Positions 60,617 through 64,000 of a DNA stretch of 64,000 nt are shown here, one piece after another; positions within the stretch are counted from its first letter, which is position 1; the number at the start of each line of letters is the position of its first letter. The translations under genes and the position numbers were made by a program. Origin of the DNA: Saprospiraceae bacterium. Lineage in GTDB: Bacteria > Bacteroidota > Bacteroidia > Chitinophagales > Saprospiraceae. Below the pieces are notes generated by a model. That model had not been told where the DNA came from. It ran no database searches and saw only the letters and a program-made list of their open reading frames with translations. The stretch covers positions 300,029-364,028 of the forward strand of contig JADJLN010000001.1 of assembly GCA_016710115.1 (NCBI GenBank), written 5' to 3'.

Positions 60617-60971
60617 AAATCGGAAAAGGGGAAGGGAGGGGAGATGGGGCCGAAAATCAGGAACTAGGAACAAGGAACAGAAATCAGAAGTGAGAAGGCG
60701 CATGGACGGAACCAAAGCAGGCGGGCCGGAACAAGCATTCCTCCCGGTTGGAAGGGGTCTCCGCAACACATGAACGAGGTTTCTGGACCGCCGGCGGGGC
60801 CGCGCCTGGCGCCGCAATTCCCCAAATGAACTTGGAACTTTGGAACACAGAACCGACCCCGACCAGTGTCAATCAATCGGTCAATTGGGGCAGGATGTAA
60901 ACAGGAAGGGCAGGCTCCTATTTTGAGTTTTGCCTTGAAAAATCAGGAAAGGCATATTGCAAAAAATCAGA

Positions 60972-62033
60972 TCAGATTTTCAGCGAATCAAACAATTCTT
61001 TCAGTTTTGCACTGGAAGGGCGTGGTGCATCCGGTGTGACAATATTCCCATGCGGGTCAATCAGTATAAATCGGGGTATCCCCTGGATTTTATAAGCCGT
61101 GACAAAATCGGATTTCCAACCTTCAGGTGCAAATAATTGAATGCCTCTGAGTTCTTTTTCCCGGATCATAGCCTTCCAGTCTTCGCGTGCTTTATCCCAG
61201 GAACCGCTGTGCGTGCGATCATCATCGATGGACATGCTGACAAATTGGATGTTCCTGTCATGGTACTCCTTTTCCAGGTTTTTTAACGCGGGTATTTCTG
61301 CCTTGCAGGGTCCACACCAGGTCGCCCAGACATCTACATAAATGTACTTTCCCTTCAGATCGTCCAGTGAGGTGGTGGTGCCGTCCACATTTTCATAATT
61401 CGCAAATGAAGGAGAAGGGCTTCCTTTCGGCAGGTCAGTTTTCAGGGTGATGGCCGCTTTGAGATACTTGCTGTAGGAGTCCAGCATCGGTTGCAAACCT
61501 GAAATGGCTGACTGACTGACGAGTGTGTCGATGGAACTGTCAGAAGTGTAGAACGCGTTCAGCTGGCGACCAATGTCTGCCATTTTTTCTTCCAATACGT
61601 TCAGGTCCTCCAGTTCACTGAGGGCTTCAAAGTCCAGCAGCTTTTCTTCCAACAGGCTTTTTCGGGCTAAAAAATTATTGTGTTCTGCTCCGTTGCCCGT
61701 GTAGGTGATGGTTTCATCAAACTCTTTGGTGTCAAGAGTCAGGAAAAGATCAAATCCGTTTCTGAGGAATATTGTTGTGGATTCACTTCCATCATTCAGA
61801 TTGTACAGACCGGAAGTGATTTGGAATGTATCCCGGAATATACCTTCATTTCCAACCTGGATTGTCCTGGAAAAGGTGCGACTTCTAATCCGGAGGGAAT
61901 CACTGTTCTGATCGGTGATCTTGCCGGCCAGTATGACAACATCATGGGTATTCTGTGTCCATGCAGCAATCGGGAATACCAGAAGAATGAGCAGATGCAA
62001 TTTCATCATGCAAGAGTTTAAAGACAGAATCAA
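60972..62033 (-). CDS. TlpA/ResA-like thiol:disulfide oxidoreductase (thioredoxin fold) with an N-terminal DUF4369-like domain, secreted.
   Basis: WATWCGPC (CxxC thioredoxin active site), AhpC/TSA-like C-terminal half, and a signal peptide. Confidence 0.8.
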   Translation of the reverse strand: MILSLNSCMMKLHLLILLVFPIAAWTQNTHDVVILAGKITDQNSDSLRIRSRTFSRTIQVGNEGIFRDTFQITSGLYNLNDGSESTTIFLRNGFDLFLTLDTKEFDETITYTGNGAEHNNFLARKSLLEEKLLDFEALSELEDLNVLEEKMADIGRQLNAFYTSDSSIDTLVSQSAISGLQPMLDSYSKYLKAAITLKTDLPKGSPSPSFANYENVDGTTTSLDDLKGKYIYVDVWATWCGPCKAEIPALKNLEKEYHDRNIQFVSMSIDDDRTHSGSWDKAREDWKAMIREKELRGIQLFAPEGWKSDFVTAYKIQGIPRFILIDPHGNIVTPDAPRPSSAKLKELFDSLKI

Positions 62034-62266
62034 TTCGGCAGGTGACGATGGTCGGCTGGAGTGCTGGTAGCAGGACAGGTCCTGCTGCTTCCAATCCAGA
62101 AAGACAAGTATAAGGATAATGAACGGGTCCAGGAAGCACCTGCTGGTGATGCGTTCCGGGATTGGAGAATTCGAACCCAGATGCGGATCTGGTTAGCGAG
62201 TGTATTTATCCGGGGGGATTGGTCAATAATACTCAATGTCCTCTGCTCATCCCTTACCTTTGAGCC

Positions 62267-63305
62267 ATGTCTGGAGCAGGAAAGGTTATCGTTACAGGTG
62301 GTGCGGGATACATCGGATCACATACCGTTGTCGACCTTCAACGAGCGGGTTATACAGTAATCATTCTTGATGACCTGTCCAATTCCGAGGCTGGTGTACT
62401 GGATGGGATACAGGCTATTACAGGTATCAGGCCTGTTTTTTATCAACTGAATATCTGTGAGGCATCGACCCTTCCGGGATGTCCTTGCAGAGCATCGGGA
62501 TGCCATTGGGGTCATTCATTTTTGCCGCCTTCAAGCAGTGGGAGAAAGTGTGGCGAAGCCCTTGGCCTATTATGCGAACAATGTCGGAGGAATGACCAGT
62601 TTGCTCCTGGGCATGCATCAGGCAGGCCTGGACAATCTGATCTTTTCTTCTTCCTGCACCGTGTATGGTCAGCCGGATCATTTGCCGGTATCTGAAAATG
62701 CACCCGTTCAGCCGGCCCAGTCTCCGTATGGCAACACCAAGCAGATCTGCGAGGAAATGATGCAGGATGCGGTTTCTGCGGGATTATTCAAGGGTGTGAT
62801 CTCTCTACGGTATTTCAATCCGGTCGGAGCGGATCCATCTGCTTTGATCGGTGAGCTCCCCCTGGGTGTACCCAATAATCTGATGCCTTTTATTACGCAA
62901 ACTGCAGTCGGACTGCGAGAGGAGTTGAAGGTATTTGGTGGCGATTATGCCACTGCGGATGGTACGGCCATTCGGGATTATATTCATGTCAGCGACCTGG
63001 CCGCAGCTCACCGGGTGGCTCTTGAACGATTGATCAACAAGCAACATGTGTCTCCCTACGAGTTGTTCAACATTGGGACAGGACGGGGTTCTTCCGTGCT
63101 CGAGGTGATTCAAGCCTTTGAGCGAGTCAGCGGCTTGAGGCTACCCTACCGGATCGTGGACAGACGGCCGGGAGATGTCGAGCAGGTATGGGCAGATACC
63201 ACCCGTGCCAATCGGGTGCTGGGTTGGACCGCTGAGCGATCCCTGGAGGACATGGCTGCCAGTGCGTGGAAGTGGGAGAGGATGAGAGTGGAGAGGAGAG
63301 AGTAG
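62267..63305 (+). CDS. galE: UDP-glucose 4-epimerase. There is an apparent frame change at ~62470-62500.
   Basis: N-terminus VIVTGGAGYIGSHTVVDL. The second fragment has FSSSCTVYG, the Y..NTK.. equivalent (SPYGNTKQICE) and DGTAIRDYIHVSDLA, all typical of GalE. Confidence 0.8.
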
Positions 63306-64000
63306 AGAGTGGATCGACGGGGTAGAGAGTTCGAAGATGAACGAATCTGGATCTGAGCCAGGGGGTAGCCCGTCAGCCTGATTAAAATGTTAGAAAATCT
63401 AATCCCCTTCTTTTCTTGTTCCTGATTTGGCCTGCCCGTTGCAAGATCTGCTATGCGGTAGTGCTAATGATTGGATGTCTGGAACTCCTTTTGAGCACAA
63501 AGGTCATCTTCAGGCCATCTCCGGAATTCGACGGTGTTCAAATCAGGCTGGGCTGGTCAGCAGGTGGATACAGAAAGGTTTTCCCTGTTTGCAGATTCGG
63601 TGTTTTGGTACCTTGTCGGAATGGACCTTATGATCGCCTTTTTGTTGGTTTCCTTGGTCTAGCTCCGTGCCCGACCATTGACGGATTCAAGATTGACTTC
63701 CGGGCTGGTGCTGTATTCTCATTGGGCAAGAGTTGTTGGATCCGACTCATTCCGCCAGCTGGCGGATCGTTTATCGAGCGCATCGGTTCGGCCTGTAGTC
63801 GTGGTGGCACGGTGCTGGAATTGTGGCGGGGGCATACACCCACTCAGACAACCAAATAACGAAGTGCAACCGGTCTTCATTCCAACCCGAGGTAAGCCAA
63901 CCCCAACGTCCAAACCCCCTCAACGTTGAAGCGGGAGGATTCAGGAAATTCCTGTCGAACGCCTTCAGACTTCATCGATAATTCGGAGCTGATTCTGAAT

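Noticed and set aside
63416-63859. ORF 63416..63859 (147 aa) and overlapping ORF 63678..63929, considered as protein-coding genes.
   Set aside because: Cys/Arg/Trp/Gly-rich translation with no motif, no RBS context and no codon-usage resemblance to neighbouring genes. Left unannotated.

Overview
This window reads as a Bacteroidota-type chromosomal segment. The evidence is several proteins ending in T9SS/Por C-terminal sorting domains, an adjacent uppS-bamA pair, TonB-dependent receptor and lipoprotein pairs, and lipoprotein-rich ABC systems. By eye the DNA is GC-rich (mid-to-high 50s %), with visibly AT-rich patches at 1..4320, 37653..39080 and ~47900..53000.

Most genes are housekeeping or envelope genes: EF-G paralog, pckA, cysQ, rlmB, thiolase, 2-oxoacid dehydrogenase E2, lpxD, anmK, galE, uppS-bamA, a flotillin-NfeD pair, an M23 peptidase, two cyclophilins, a LolE-like permease and a GH3/beta-lactamase-like fusion.

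Three things stand out:
1. There are about 19 apparent reading-frame breaks across about 14 genes. I interpret most of them as indel-type sequence errors (several sit at short homopolymers), not biology.
2. The intergenic regions carry many hepta-, hexa- and octanucleotide microsatellites plus longer dispersed repeats. These include a ~210 bp element present in inverted orientation at ~13.3 kb and ~60.4 kb. They also include ~500 bp composite direct repeats flanking a 5 kb AT-rich island (48650..53510) that encodes two T9SS-cargo proteins.
3. An AT-rich 4.3 kb island at the window start carries a disrupted matrixin/T9SS protease, a DUF2975 + YozG-like HTH pair, and a DUF1003 + small membrane protein unit. 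A ~110 bp GGCGGG...CCCGCC element is present in two copies (3118..3247, 4325..4456) that bracket that unit.

I found no CRISPR array, rRNA, convincing tRNA, transposase/integrase or recognisable defence-system gene. The items I rate most likely to be new are the repeat-bracketed units and the microsatellite-rich flanks of the T9SS-cargo island, at moderate rather than high confidence. Functional calls come from motifs read directly in the translations, and no database search was possible.
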